A DNA stretch of 64,000 nt from NCBI GenBank assembly GCA_964516815.1, contig CAZEXK010000004.1, forward strand, positions 19,255 through 83,254, given 5' to 3'. The notes beneath the pieces are model-generated. The model saw only the letters and a program-made list of their open reading frames with translations, did no database searches and had not been told where the DNA came from. Positions 20,927-29,845 of the stretch are shown here, piece after piece. Position 1 is the first letter of the stretch, and every line of letters begins with the position of its first letter. This DNA comes from an uncultured Helicobacter sp. GTDB lineage: Bacteria; Campylobacterota; Campylobacteria; Campylobacterales; Arcobacteraceae. A program made the position numbers and the translations under genes.

Positions 20927-21184
20927 ATAACTTCATATATAACAAAATCTTCAATAATAACTTTTGACTAATTAAATCACTTACTTCACATTCTTATTGT
21001 ATTTATAAATATATTACATTTATTGTAACTTTACTGCTTACTTAAGGTTTTATTTATAAATTACTAAAAGTAGGTACAAATATTTATAATTTTTTAACTT
21101 TATTGACAAAAAGTAGCATATTTAAGTTTTTTCATTATAATTATATGTTATAAATGTATATATCAATTTTAAAGAGAGAAATAA

Positions 21185-23188
21185 ATGTATGAAACAATAA
21201 AGAATGAATTTAATATATTAATGGTATCTATGCGAGAATCATTTATAGCGATGGTTCCATATTTATTTTTATATTCAATGATGTTAATGTTTTTACAGTT
21301 TCTAAGATATTTTGAAATATCTGAATTCATTGTTAATTATGATACTTATTTATCAATTGCAATTGGATTATCTAACTTATTTGTGCCTTTATTAGTTCTT
21401 AGTATATCTTATCACCTTGCAAGAAGATTAAATACTAATTCCCATATGAATGTTGTAAATTCATTTTTAGTTTTAATTTCTTATGAAATTTATATTAAAA
21501 GTGGAGGTTTGTTTCCAAAAGAAATGTCTATGTATTCATTGCTAATACCTATTGCTAGTGCATATTTTTTCAAAACTTATAATAAGTCTTTTTTATCAGA
21601 TAAATACTTTAAAGTTGCAAGTCAACTTAATATATCTTTTAAATATATAGTACCTCTATTGCTTAACTATACTATTTTAATAGTTTTTTTCATCTCTTTA
21701 CATTATTTTTTATTATCAGAATGTTTTAACTTTAAAGATTATTTGAGTCAAGTTTCTATAGAAACATATATGTTTTTAAAAATTATTTGGACTCATGCCT
21801 TATGGTTCTTTGGAATACATGGCGATATAGTTTCACTTGCATTATTTGACGTTTCTGTTTTTGAAGATAAATATATTACAAACCTTACTAATAAAAATAT
21901 ATATGATTTATTTATAATAATTGGTGGTTCGGGAGCTGGATTATCTCTGGCAATTGCTATTATATTATTTTGGAAAAATCAACAATGGAATAAAATAGTA
22001 AAACTTTCTTCTCCTTTTTTAGTTTTTAATATAAATGAGATACTCATATACGGTTTACCAATTATTTTAAATAGATATTTATTAATCCCGTTTATACTAG
22101 TTCCAATGGTTAATTTTATTTTTTCTTATGCATTTTTATCATTTGGATTTATACAATTTGTTGATGTAAATGTTCATTGGACTACTCCTGTATTTATTAA
22201 TGCATATATATTAAGCGATGGAAATTTACTAGCATTATTATTACAATTTATATTAATAGTTGTAGGAATACTAATATATTATCCATTTGTAAAAATGTAC
22301 TCTAACTCACAAAGTCATGAACACCAAAAAAATATATTAAATAGTAGTTTTAATTTGAAACAAGAACTAGATGCTAACGAAGGAATAAATTTAAATAATA
22401 ATCAATTCAGAATTATTGAAAATAATAACTATGTGCATGAAATAATACAACTTATTTCAAAACATAAATTAGAGTTATTTTATCAGCCAAAAATCGATAT
22501 TAAAAATAACTCAAATAATTCTTTTGAGGCTTTAATACGAATGAATCTTGGAAATGAACTTAAAGGTCCATATTTTATTGATCAATTTGAAGAAGCCGGA
22601 TTGAATCTTATAATTGATTTTTGGGTATGTACACAAGTTAAAAGAGATTTGGAATACCTTAAAAAACATCATAACTTTATTCCAAAAATTAGTATAAACT
22701 TGTATCCAAAGACTTTGCAACATGGTAAAACAATCAAAAATATTATTGAAGTTTTAAAAGGTGAAACTATTGAATTTGAAATACTTGAAAGAACACAGTT
22801 GGATTTACAAGAAACTAAAGGTAATATTGCTTTATTAAAAAAGAATAACTTTACATTTGCTATTGATGATTTTGGAACAGGGTATTCTAGTATGCAAACA
22901 CTTTATGATTCTCCAGCTAATACTATTAAAATTGATAAAGGTTTAGTAGATAATCTTGGAAATGTCCGAGCTAATAACTTATTGGAATCTTTATGTAAGT
23001 TATGTCATGGATTAAATTTTACTATAATTATTGAAGGTGTTGAAACTAAAGAACAATATGAGTTTATAAAAAAATGTGATGTTGATTATATACAAGGTTT
23101 TTATTTTTCAGAAGCAATAGTTTTAGAAGAAATGTTTAATTTTTATAATAATTTTAATACTAATAACAAAATAGAAAATAAAAGCTAG
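21185..23188 (+). CDS. Membrane protein: PTS EIIC (lactose/cellobiose type) permease domain fused to an EAL c-di-GMP phosphodiesterase domain
   Basis: 667-aa ORF. The N-terminal ~370 aa are polytopic with EIIC motifs (ALWFFGIHGD, IIGGSGAGLSLAIAI, PFLVFNINEILIYGLPIILNRYLLIPF). The C-terminal part is an EAL domain (LFYQPKID, FEALIRM, SINLYP, EFEILER, FAIDDFGTGYSS, IKIDK, IIEGVET, IQGFYFS). Confidence 0.85.
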   Translation: MYETIKNEFNILMVSMRESFIAMVPYLFLYSMMLMFLQFLRYFEISEFIVNYDTYLSIAIGLSNLFVPLLVLSISYHLARRLNTNSHMNVVNSFLVLISYEIYIKSGGLFPKEMSMYSLLIPIASAYFFKTYNKSFLSDKYFKVASQLNISFKYIVPLLLNYTILIVFFISLHYFLLSECFNFKDYLSQVSIETYMFLKIIWTHALWFFGIHGDIVSLALFDVSVFEDKYITNLTNKNIYDLFIIIGGSGAGLSLAIAIILFWKNQQWNKIVKLSSPFLVFNINEILIYGLPIILNRYLLIPFILVPMVNFIFSYAFLSFGFIQFVDVNVHWTTPVFINAYILSDGNLLALLLQFILIVVGILIYYPFVKMYSNSQSHEHQKNILNSSFNLKQELDANEGINLNNNQFRIIENNNYVHEIIQLISKHKLELFYQPKIDIKNNSNNSFEALIRMNLGNELKGPYFIDQFEEAGLNLIIDFWVCTQVKRDLEYLKKHHNFIPKISINLYPKTLQHGKTIKNIIEVLKGETIEFEILERTQLDLQETKGNIALLKKNNFTFAIDDFGTGYSSMQTLYDSPANTIKIDKGLVDNLGNVRANNLLESLCKLCHGLNFTIIIEGVETKEQYEFIKKCDVDYIQGFYFSEAIVLEEMFNFYNNFNTNNKIENKS

Positions 23189-23220
23189 ATATGGTTTATT
23201 AAGTATTTTACCTACTTTAG

Positions 23221-23238
23221 ATATAATTGCGATTATAT
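23221..23238 (+). promoter_or_regulatory. Putative valS promoter: -10 box embedded in a near-palindrome, ATATAATTGCGATTATAT
   Basis: TATAAT at 23222-23227 lies 29 nt before the ATG. It is 17/18 identical to the element at 50047-50064. Confidence 0.45.
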
Positions 23239-23256
23239 AAAAAAATAGGTAAGTAA

Positions 23257-25875
23257 ATGAGTAATAAATACAACCCAAAAATAGTTGAAGATAAATATTA
23301 TAAGATATGTGAGCAAAGAGGCTATTTTGAAATAGATGGTAATAATTCTATTCAAAAAAAAGATAAAAATTTTTCAATTATGATGCCTCCTCCAAATGTT
23401 ACAGGTTCTTTACATATTGGTCATGCACTTACATTTACACTACAAGATATTATTACAAGATATAAAAGAATGGATGGTTATAAAACTTTATGGCAACCAG
23501 GAACTGATCATGCTGGAATTGCTACTCAAAATATTGTTGAAAAACAACTATTAAGTGAAGGAACTACAAAAGAGATAATAGGAAGAGAAAAATTTGTACA
23601 AAGAGCTTGGAAACAAAAAGAAGTTTCAGGTGGAAATATAGTACATCAAATGAAAAAACTTGGAGTAACCCCAGCTTGGAAACGAGAAAGATTCACTATG
23701 GATGATGGGTTAAAAGAGGCAGTTAAAGAAGCCTTTGTTTCTTTATATAATGACGGACATATAACTCAAAATAATTATATGGTAAATTGGTGTACACATG
23801 ATGGTGCATTAAGTGATATAGAAGTTGAACATGAAGAAATTCAAGGTAAATTTTATCATATGGTTTATAAATTGGCCGATGGCAGTGATGAAATTAAATT
23901 AGCTACAACTAGACCAGAAACTTATTTTGGAGATAGCGCTATCATGGTACATCCTGATGATAAAAGATATACAAACATTATAGGGAAAGAAGTAATTATT
24001 CCTCTTACTTCAAGAACTGTAAAGATTATAGCTGATACACATGTTGATATGGAGTTTGGAACAGGAATAGTAAAAGTTACTCCTGCACATGATCAAAATG
24101 ATTATGAAGTTGGTAAAAGACATGACTTAGAATTTATAAAAATATTTGATGAAAAAGGTATATTAAATGATTATTGTGGAGAATTTAGTGGAAAAGAAAG
24201 ATTAGAAGCTAGACCTTTAATAGTAAAAGCCTTAGAGAAAACTGGACATATTGTAAAAATAGAAGATCATATTCATCAAGTAGGGCATTGTTATAGATGT
24301 AAAAATATAGTCGAGCCATTTATCTCTGAACAATGGTTCTTAAGTGAAAAAATAGCAAAAAGTTCTATAGATAAAACAAAATTAAATAATAACTTTCATC
24401 CAGCACATTGGATAAATTCATATACTGCTTGGATGGATGAGCTTAGACCTTGGTGTATTTCAAGACAATTATGGTGGGGACATAGAATACCTGTGTTTAC
24501 TTGTAATGATAGTTCTTGTAATCATCAATGGGCTGATAAAAACGATAATCCAAAAGCTTGTCCAAAATGTAATAACAAAACATATACTCAAGACCCTGAT
24601 GTTTTAGATACTTGGTTTTCTTCAGCACTTTGGGCTATGTCGCCTTTGGGTTGGGGAAACAACGATAAACTAAATGACTTGTATACCTCAAGTGATGAAA
24701 AAGATTTTTATCCAAATTCACTTTTAATAACTGGGTTTGATATTATGTTTTTTTGGGTTGCTAGAATGATGATGATGAGCGATCACTTTACAGGTGAATT
24801 ACCATTTAAAGATATCTATATGCATGCTCTTGTAAGAGATGAAAAAGGCGCTAAAATGTCAAAGTCTAAGGGTAATGTAATAGATCCTTTAGATATGGTT
24901 GAAGCACATAGTGCTGATATTATTAGGTTTACATTGGCTTATTTAGCAGTACAAGGTAGAGATATAAAATTAGGTGAGAAAAACTTAGAACAGTTTAGAA
25001 ACTTTACTAATAAACTTTATAACGCTAGTAATTATTTACAATTAAATGTTGATACATTTTCTGATTTAAAAGATATAGAAATTAAAACTCCTTTAGGGCT
25101 TTATATGCAAAGTAGACTTAGTGTTGCTGTACAAAGTGTAAGAGAAACTTTAGATACATATAAGTTTAATGATAGTGCAAGAGTACTTTATAACTTTGTG
25201 TGGAATGAATTTTGTGATTGGGGTATTGAATATAGTAAGGCAAATAAAGAATCTATAATTGAACTAGGAGCTATTTTTAAAGAAACACTTAAAATGGTAT
25301 CTCCTTTTATGCCATTTATTGCAGATCATTTATATCATAAATTGAGTGGTACTTCAATAGAAAATAGTGAATCTCTAATGATAATGAATTTTCCACAAGA
25401 TATATCAAGAGATAATAAAGTAGAAGATATGTTTAAAGTAATAGAAGAAGCTATAACATCAATAAGAAGAGCAAAAGTTATAATAGATATGGGTAATAGC
25501 AAAATAGCAAAAGCTTATATCAAACTTGATATAAATATAGATGAAGATATTGCAAAACCATTTATACAAAAACTAGCGAAAGTTGAAAACTTAGAGTTTG
25601 TAGAACAAAAAGTATCAAATAGTATCACAGATGTTTCTGATAATCTTGAAGTATATCTTCCACGAGGAGAGATTGACTTAGCTCCTATTATTTCTAAGCT
25701 TGAAAAACAAAAAGAAAAACTACAAAAAGAAATGGATAAAATCAACTCCATGCTAAACAATGAAAGATTTGTAGCAAATGCACCTTCAAATGTAATAGAA
25801 GAAAATAAAAAATCTTTAGAAGATGCATCAAATAAATTTGCAAAAATTCAAAATGAACTAGAAGCTTTAAAATAA
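23257..25875 (+). CDS. valS: Valine--tRNA ligase
   Basis: 872-aa ORF with HIGH (PNVTGSLHIGHA) and KMSKS (KMSKSKGN) motifs and a C-terminal coiled coil. Confidence 0.97.
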   Translation: MSNKYNPKIVEDKYYKICEQRGYFEIDGNNSIQKKDKNFSIMMPPPNVTGSLHIGHALTFTLQDIITRYKRMDGYKTLWQPGTDHAGIATQNIVEKQLLSEGTTKEIIGREKFVQRAWKQKEVSGGNIVHQMKKLGVTPAWKRERFTMDDGLKEAVKEAFVSLYNDGHITQNNYMVNWCTHDGALSDIEVEHEEIQGKFYHMVYKLADGSDEIKLATTRPETYFGDSAIMVHPDDKRYTNIIGKEVIIPLTSRTVKIIADTHVDMEFGTGIVKVTPAHDQNDYEVGKRHDLEFIKIFDEKGILNDYCGEFSGKERLEARPLIVKALEKTGHIVKIEDHIHQVGHCYRCKNIVEPFISEQWFLSEKIAKSSIDKTKLNNNFHPAHWINSYTAWMDELRPWCISRQLWWGHRIPVFTCNDSSCNHQWADKNDNPKACPKCNNKTYTQDPDVLDTWFSSALWAMSPLGWGNNDKLNDLYTSSDEKDFYPNSLLITGFDIMFFWVARMMMMSDHFTGELPFKDIYMHALVRDEKGAKMSKSKGNVIDPLDMVEAHSADIIRFTLAYLAVQGRDIKLGEKNLEQFRNFTNKLYNASNYLQLNVDTFSDLKDIEIKTPLGLYMQSRLSVAVQSVRETLDTYKFNDSARVLYNFVWNEFCDWGIEYSKANKESIIELGAIFKETLKMVSPFMPFIADHLYHKLSGTSIENSESLMIMNFPQDISRDNKVEDMFKVIEEAITSIRRAKVIIDMGNSKIAKAYIKLDINIDEDIAKPFIQKLAKVENLEFVEQKVSNSITDVSDNLEVYLPRGEIDLAPIISKLEKQKEKLQKEMDKINSMLNNERFVANAPSNVIEENKKSLEDASNKFAKIQNELEALK

Positions 25876-25876
25876 T

Positions 25877-26755
25877 ATGAATAAAACTATACAACTAGGA
25901 ACTATAAATACTTTAAAGATACAAAGAGATACAGACTATGGATTTTTTTTAGTACCTCTTGATTCCAAAGAAGAAATAATGCACAGAAGTGATACAGAAG
26001 AATATGAAGTATTACTTCCAAACGCATATATCAATGATGATATGCAAATAGAAGATGAAATTGAAGTATTTATTTATAGAGACAGTGAAGATAGAATAAT
26101 AGCTACAACAGAACATCCAATAGCCTTAGTAAATGAATTTGCTTTTGCTAAAGTAGTAGATAGTGCTGATTTTGGAGCATTTGTAGATATAGGTTTACAA
26201 AAAGATTTATTAGTTCCTAGAAATAGACAAAAAACTCCTTTTAAAGTAGGAGAGCAAAGAATAATAAGAATAGTAGAAGATGAAGAAACAAATAGACTAA
26301 TAGGTGTAGAAAAAATAACATCGTTTTTAAATAACAATACAAAATATTTAAAACAAAATGACGTTGTAAATGCTATGGTAATTGCATTTACTCCTATGGG
26401 ATATAAAGTAGTTATAGACAATAAACACGAAGGTATGATATTTAAAAATGAATGCTTTAAAAAGCTTTATGTAGGAGATACTACAAAGGCATACATTAAA
26501 AATCTAAGAAAAGATGGTAAACTTGATATTTCTATGCAAATTATTGGAAAAGAAAAAAACAAAGACAATGCTTGTGAGAGTATAGTTGAGTTACTCAAAC
26601 AATACAACGGATTTTTACCGTTCAATTCAAAAAGCAATGCAGATGATATTTCAAAAAGATTTTCAATGAGCAAAAAGATATTTAAAGCATCGTTAACAAC
26701 TTTAATTGAACAAAAAACAATAACAAGTAGCCATAGAGGAATAGAACTACTATAA
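25877..26755 (+). CDS. S1-like RNA-binding protein, CvfB/YitL family
   Basis: 292-aa ORF with repeated S1-like modules (FGFFL, FGAFVDIG, GYKVVID) and a C-terminal winged-helix-like segment. Confidence 0.7.
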   Translation: MNKTIQLGTINTLKIQRDTDYGFFLVPLDSKEEIMHRSDTEEYEVLLPNAYINDDMQIEDEIEVFIYRDSEDRIIATTEHPIALVNEFAFAKVVDSADFGAFVDIGLQKDLLVPRNRQKTPFKVGEQRIIRIVEDEETNRLIGVEKITSFLNNNTKYLKQNDVVNAMVIAFTPMGYKVVIDNKHEGMIFKNECFKKLYVGDTTKAYIKNLRKDGKLDISMQIIGKEKNKDNACESIVELLKQYNGFLPFNSKSNADDISKRFSMSKKIFKASLTTLIEQKTITSSHRGIELL

Positions 26756-26952
26756 TGGCTAGTGTACTTAACTTAAAAGATAAAGAATTAAGTTTTAAAA
26801 GAGAAGCTTATACTTATAAATTAGAATTTTTTAAATCATCAAATATGAGTATAGATACACTTTGTTATAAAGATGATAAATTTATAAGAAAAGAAAATAT
26901 ACCATTTGCTCAACTACCAAAACAACTAAAAAAAATAATAAATCCTAAGTGA
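26755..26952 (+). CDS. Hypothetical small protein (65 aa), coupled to the CvfB-like gene
   Basis: TAATG stop/start overlap at 26755. No family recognised. Confidence 0.4.
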   Translation: MASVLNLKDKELSFKREAYTYKLEFFKSSNMSIDTLCYKDDKFIRKENIPFAQLPKQLKKIINPK

Positions 26953-26983
26953 AATGTAAAGCTTTTTTTAAGAGATTAATAGC

Positions 26984-26989
26984 TATAAT
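26984..26989 (+). promoter_or_regulatory. Putative -10 box (aGcTATAAT) for tRNA-Cys
   Basis: TATAAT lies 13 nt upstream of the tRNA 5' end. Confidence 0.4.
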
Positions 26990-27002
26990 CCCACTCTAAT
27001 TT

Positions 27003-27077
27003 GGAGCCATAGCAAAGTGGCTAATGCATTGGATTGCAAATCCTTGATCCTCGGTTCGACTCCGAGTGGCTCCTCCA
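27003..27077 (+). tRNA. tRNA-Cys (anticodon GCA), CCA encoded
   Basis: Acceptor GGAGCCA/TGGCTCC with discriminator T. Anticodon arm TTGGA-TTGCAAA-TCCTT and T-arm CTCGGTTCGACTCCGAG. Confidence 0.9.
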
Positions 27078-27087
27078 TTTAAAATAA

Positions 27088-27378
27088 TCACAAATTTATC
27101 ATTATAAAATGACTCGTAAGTATATATACTAAACTTTTATCTTTTAACAATATAGTTGTTTTTGCAATATCTTTCATTTCTAATCCTGCTTCAGCTAAAA
27201 TAAATTTCATATTTTCTAAAGATTGTTTTGCTTGTTCTTCTATTGTAGATTCTGCAAATTTACGAGTGTTTTGATCTATTGGTAATTGCCCTGATATGAA
27301 TATCAGTCCATCTAAATCTACTGCTTAAGAATATGGTCCTATTGCACCTGGTGCTTTTGTTGAGTTGATTGCTTTCAT
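27088..27378 (-). pseudogene. ridA: ridA (RidA/YjgF/TdcF family) pseudogene: nonsense codon at codon 18, and family similarity lost after about codon 80
   Basis: The minus strand reads AAGGAataaatATG AAA GCA ATC AAC TCA ACA AAA GCA CCA GGT GCA ATA GGA CCA TAT TCT TAA(27327-27325). This gives MKAINSTKAPGAIGPYS* where the family has GPYSQA. The same frame continues AVDLDGLIFISGQLPIDQNTRKFAESTIEEQAKQSLENMKFILAEAGLEMKDIAKTTILLKD, then diverges and stops at 27090-27088. Confidence 0.8.
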
Positions 27379-27448
27379 ATTTATTCCTTAAGATATTTTT
27401 TTAATAATGGAGCGAATATATAACAAGTTTTTGTTAATGTAAAGACTT

Positions 27449-28789
27449 TTAGTTGTTATTTTTTAATATAACAGTTGTTGAGTTATCTTTTTGCAAATAC
27501 TTGTTAGCTACTTTAATTATATCTTCCACTTTTAAATTACTAATAGCATTTTCATATTCAAATAATGGAGAAATATCTCCTCTACTAAGGTACGAACCAT
27601 ATAGTGAAGCTACAGAACTTGAACTTTCTAATGAAAATATAAAATCTGCCTTTGTATTTATTTTTATTTTATCTAAGTCTTTTTTACTTACTTGTCCATC
27701 TTGTATTTTTTTTATTTCTTGCCATATTAATTTTTCAACTTCTTTTGCATCTACTCCTAAATTACACATAGCTAAAAACATATAAACTCCTGGATCTTTT
27801 AACTCCATATTGTATGCGTGTACATTACTAGCTATTTGTTTTTCATCAACTAAAAGTTTATTTAGTCTTGAACTTTTTCCACTACTTAGCAAATCACTCA
27901 AAGCAGAAAGTGCGACTTGATCTTCATGTTGATAGTTTGGTATGTGAAAGTTCATAGCTAAGACTTCTACTTGAGTATCTTTTTTAATTATAAGTGATTT
28001 TGCACCTTCTTGTTTTGGTTCTTGCATATATGAATATTGATTTATATTTTTTGATTCTTTTGTATTTTGTATATTTTGAAAATATTTTTTTGCAGTATCA
28101 AAAACAGTATCTTTATGAATATCACCAGCAACAACTACTACAGCATTTGATGGAGTATAGTATGTTTTGTGAAAAGTTTTTATATCTTTTATTGACCAAT
28201 TTTTTATATCTTGCATAAAACCAATTGGAGTCCAATGGTAAGGATGGTATGTAAAAGTATTGTTGAATAGTTTAAAATATAAATACCCAGTAGGATTATT
28301 ATCTGTTCTCCATAATCTTTCTTCAATTACAACATCTCTTTCTGGTTGAAATTCTTTATCTTTTAAAGTTAAATTTTGCATCAAATCAGCATATAATGAA
28401 AGTGATTTATGTATGTTTGCACTTGAAGACTTTATATAATAGTGGGTATAATCAAATCCAGTAGATGCATTATTTACTCCTCCAAAACCTTTTACAATTT
28501 TGTCAAATTCTCCAGCTTTTAAGTTTTTTGTAGACTTAAAGTTGAGATGTTCAAGCATATGAGCCATACCACTTTTACCCATAGTTTCATCTTTGCTTCC
28601 AACATTGTAAAAAATATCAGTTGAAATTACACCTGATGAATTTTCAAGAGGAATAGCTACTATTTTTAGTCCATTACTTAATGTTGTTTCAAAATGTTTT
28701 GGTAGTGTACTTTGTGTTTTATTTGCCATTATTGTTCCTTGCATTATAAACAATGCTATTAATATTATTTTATTTAAAATCTGCACCAA
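27449..28789 (-). CDS. M16-family (pitrilysin) zinc peptidase, secreted
   Basis: 446-aa ORF with an N-terminal signal-like segment and the inverted zinc motif HMLEHLNF...E. Confidence 0.85.
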   Translation of the reverse strand: MVQILNKIILIALFIMQGTIMANKTQSTLPKHFETTLSNGLKIVAIPLENSSGVISTDIFYNVGSKDETMGKSGMAHMLEHLNFKSTKNLKAGEFDKIVKGFGGVNNASTGFDYTHYYIKSSSANIHKSLSLYADLMQNLTLKDKEFQPERDVVIEERLWRTDNNPTGYLYFKLFNNTFTYHPYHWTPIGFMQDIKNWSIKDIKTFHKTYYTPSNAVVVVAGDIHKDTVFDTAKKYFQNIQNTKESKNINQYSYMQEPKQEGAKSLIIKKDTQVEVLAMNFHIPNYQHEDQVALSALSDLLSSGKSSRLNKLLVDEKQIASNVHAYNMELKDPGVYMFLAMCNLGVDAKEVEKLIWQEIKKIQDGQVSKKDLDKIKINTKADFIFSLESSSSVASLYGSYLSRGDISPLFEYENAISNLKVEDIIKVANKYLQKDNSTTVILKNNN

Positions 28790-29828
28790 TGGCTTCTTTT
28801 ATATTTGAATAACCATCATCTTGTAGTAGTTGTATTAGTTCTTTATTTATATTTTTACACATACTAGGACCTTGAAATATAAAAGCACTTAATATTTGCA
28901 CTAATGATGCACCAGCTTTTATTCTTCTGTAAACATCTTTAGCATCGCTTATTCCTCCAACTGAAATTAAAGTAGTTTTATCATATAAGTGTTCACCTAT
29001 TGCTTTAAAGAGTTCATATGATTTATCACTTAATACGGCTCCTGAAATTCCACCAAAATCTTTAGCATTTTTTAGCAAAGAATAATCTTGACTAGTATTA
29101 GTAGCAATAATTCCATCAGCACCATATTCAACGGCTATTTTACATAAATCAATAGCAGTTTGAGCAGTCATATCAGGAGCAATTTTTAATAAAATTGGTT
29201 TATTTGTAATCTTTTTGGCTAAAGTAAAAATAGTTTTTATAAATTCTTCATTTTGTAAATCTCTAAGATTTGGAGTATTTGGACTAGAAATATTTATAAC
29301 TAAATAATCACAAATATCTTTAAAACTATGAATTAGAGATTCATAATCATTTATTGTATTTTCTTGTGTTGTTAGTTTATTCTTACCTATACTAGCTCCT
29401 ATTGGAATTTTATAAGGGTAAACTTTATTTAAATTATTTATAACTACTTTAGCACCTTTATTATTAAAACCCATAGCATTTTGTATAGCTTCTTCTTTTT
29501 GATATCTAAATAATCTTGGTTTTTCATTTCCTTTTTGGGCTTTTGGTGTCATAGTTCCAATTTCACTATAACCAAAACCCATTGCCATCATTGCTTTTAT
29601 CATACTTGCATTTTTATCAAATCCAGCACCTAAGCCAATAGGATTTGCAAATTTTACATCAAATAAAGTTTGTTCTAAAATATCATTATTTATAAAATTA
29701 TTTTTTATTAATTTTTTATTTAATATACTAATATAAGGTAAAATTTTAAATGATAATTCTGCAATATGATGAGCAGTTTCTGGTTCAAAGTTGAACATAA
29801 ATTTTTTTAGTGTTTTATATGAAAACAT
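28770..29828 (-). CDS. pyrD: Dihydroorotate dehydrogenase (quinone), class 2
   Basis: 352-aa ORF with GLGAGFDKN, NISSPNTP and GGISGA motifs. Confidence 0.93.
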   Translation of the reverse strand: MFSYKTLKKFMFNFEPETAHHIAELSFKILPYISILNKKLIKNNFINNDILEQTLFDVKFANPIGLGAGFDKNASMIKAMMAMGFGYSEIGTMTPKAQKGNEKPRLFRYQKEEAIQNAMGFNNKGAKVVINNLNKVYPYKIPIGASIGKNKLTTQENTINDYESLIHSFKDICDYLVINISSPNTPNLRDLQNEEFIKTIFTLAKKITNKPILLKIAPDMTAQTAIDLCKIAVEYGADGIIATNTSQDYSLLKNAKDFGGISGAVLSDKSYELFKAIGEHLYDKTTLISVGGISDAKDVYRRIKAGASLVQILSAFIFQGPSMCKNINKELIQLLQDDGYSNIKEAIGADFK

Positions 29829-29845
29829 TATTTTCCTTAGTGAAG

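Noticed and set aside
20930-21184. The 255-bp gap after tRNA-Leu as a possible sRNA or leader.
   Set aside because: I saw only AT-rich promoter-like sequence (TATAAT at 21085 and 21136, and a TTGACA with the wrong spacing). There is no stable hairpin or terminator, so nothing supports an RNA gene.
20843-23256. tRNA-Leu followed by a single odd gene (EIIC-EAL) as a tRNA-targeted genomic islet.
   Set aside because: There is no integrase. I could not find a direct repeat of the tRNA 3' end in 23189-23256 or elsewhere nearby. This is noted only as context in the EIIC-EAL finding.
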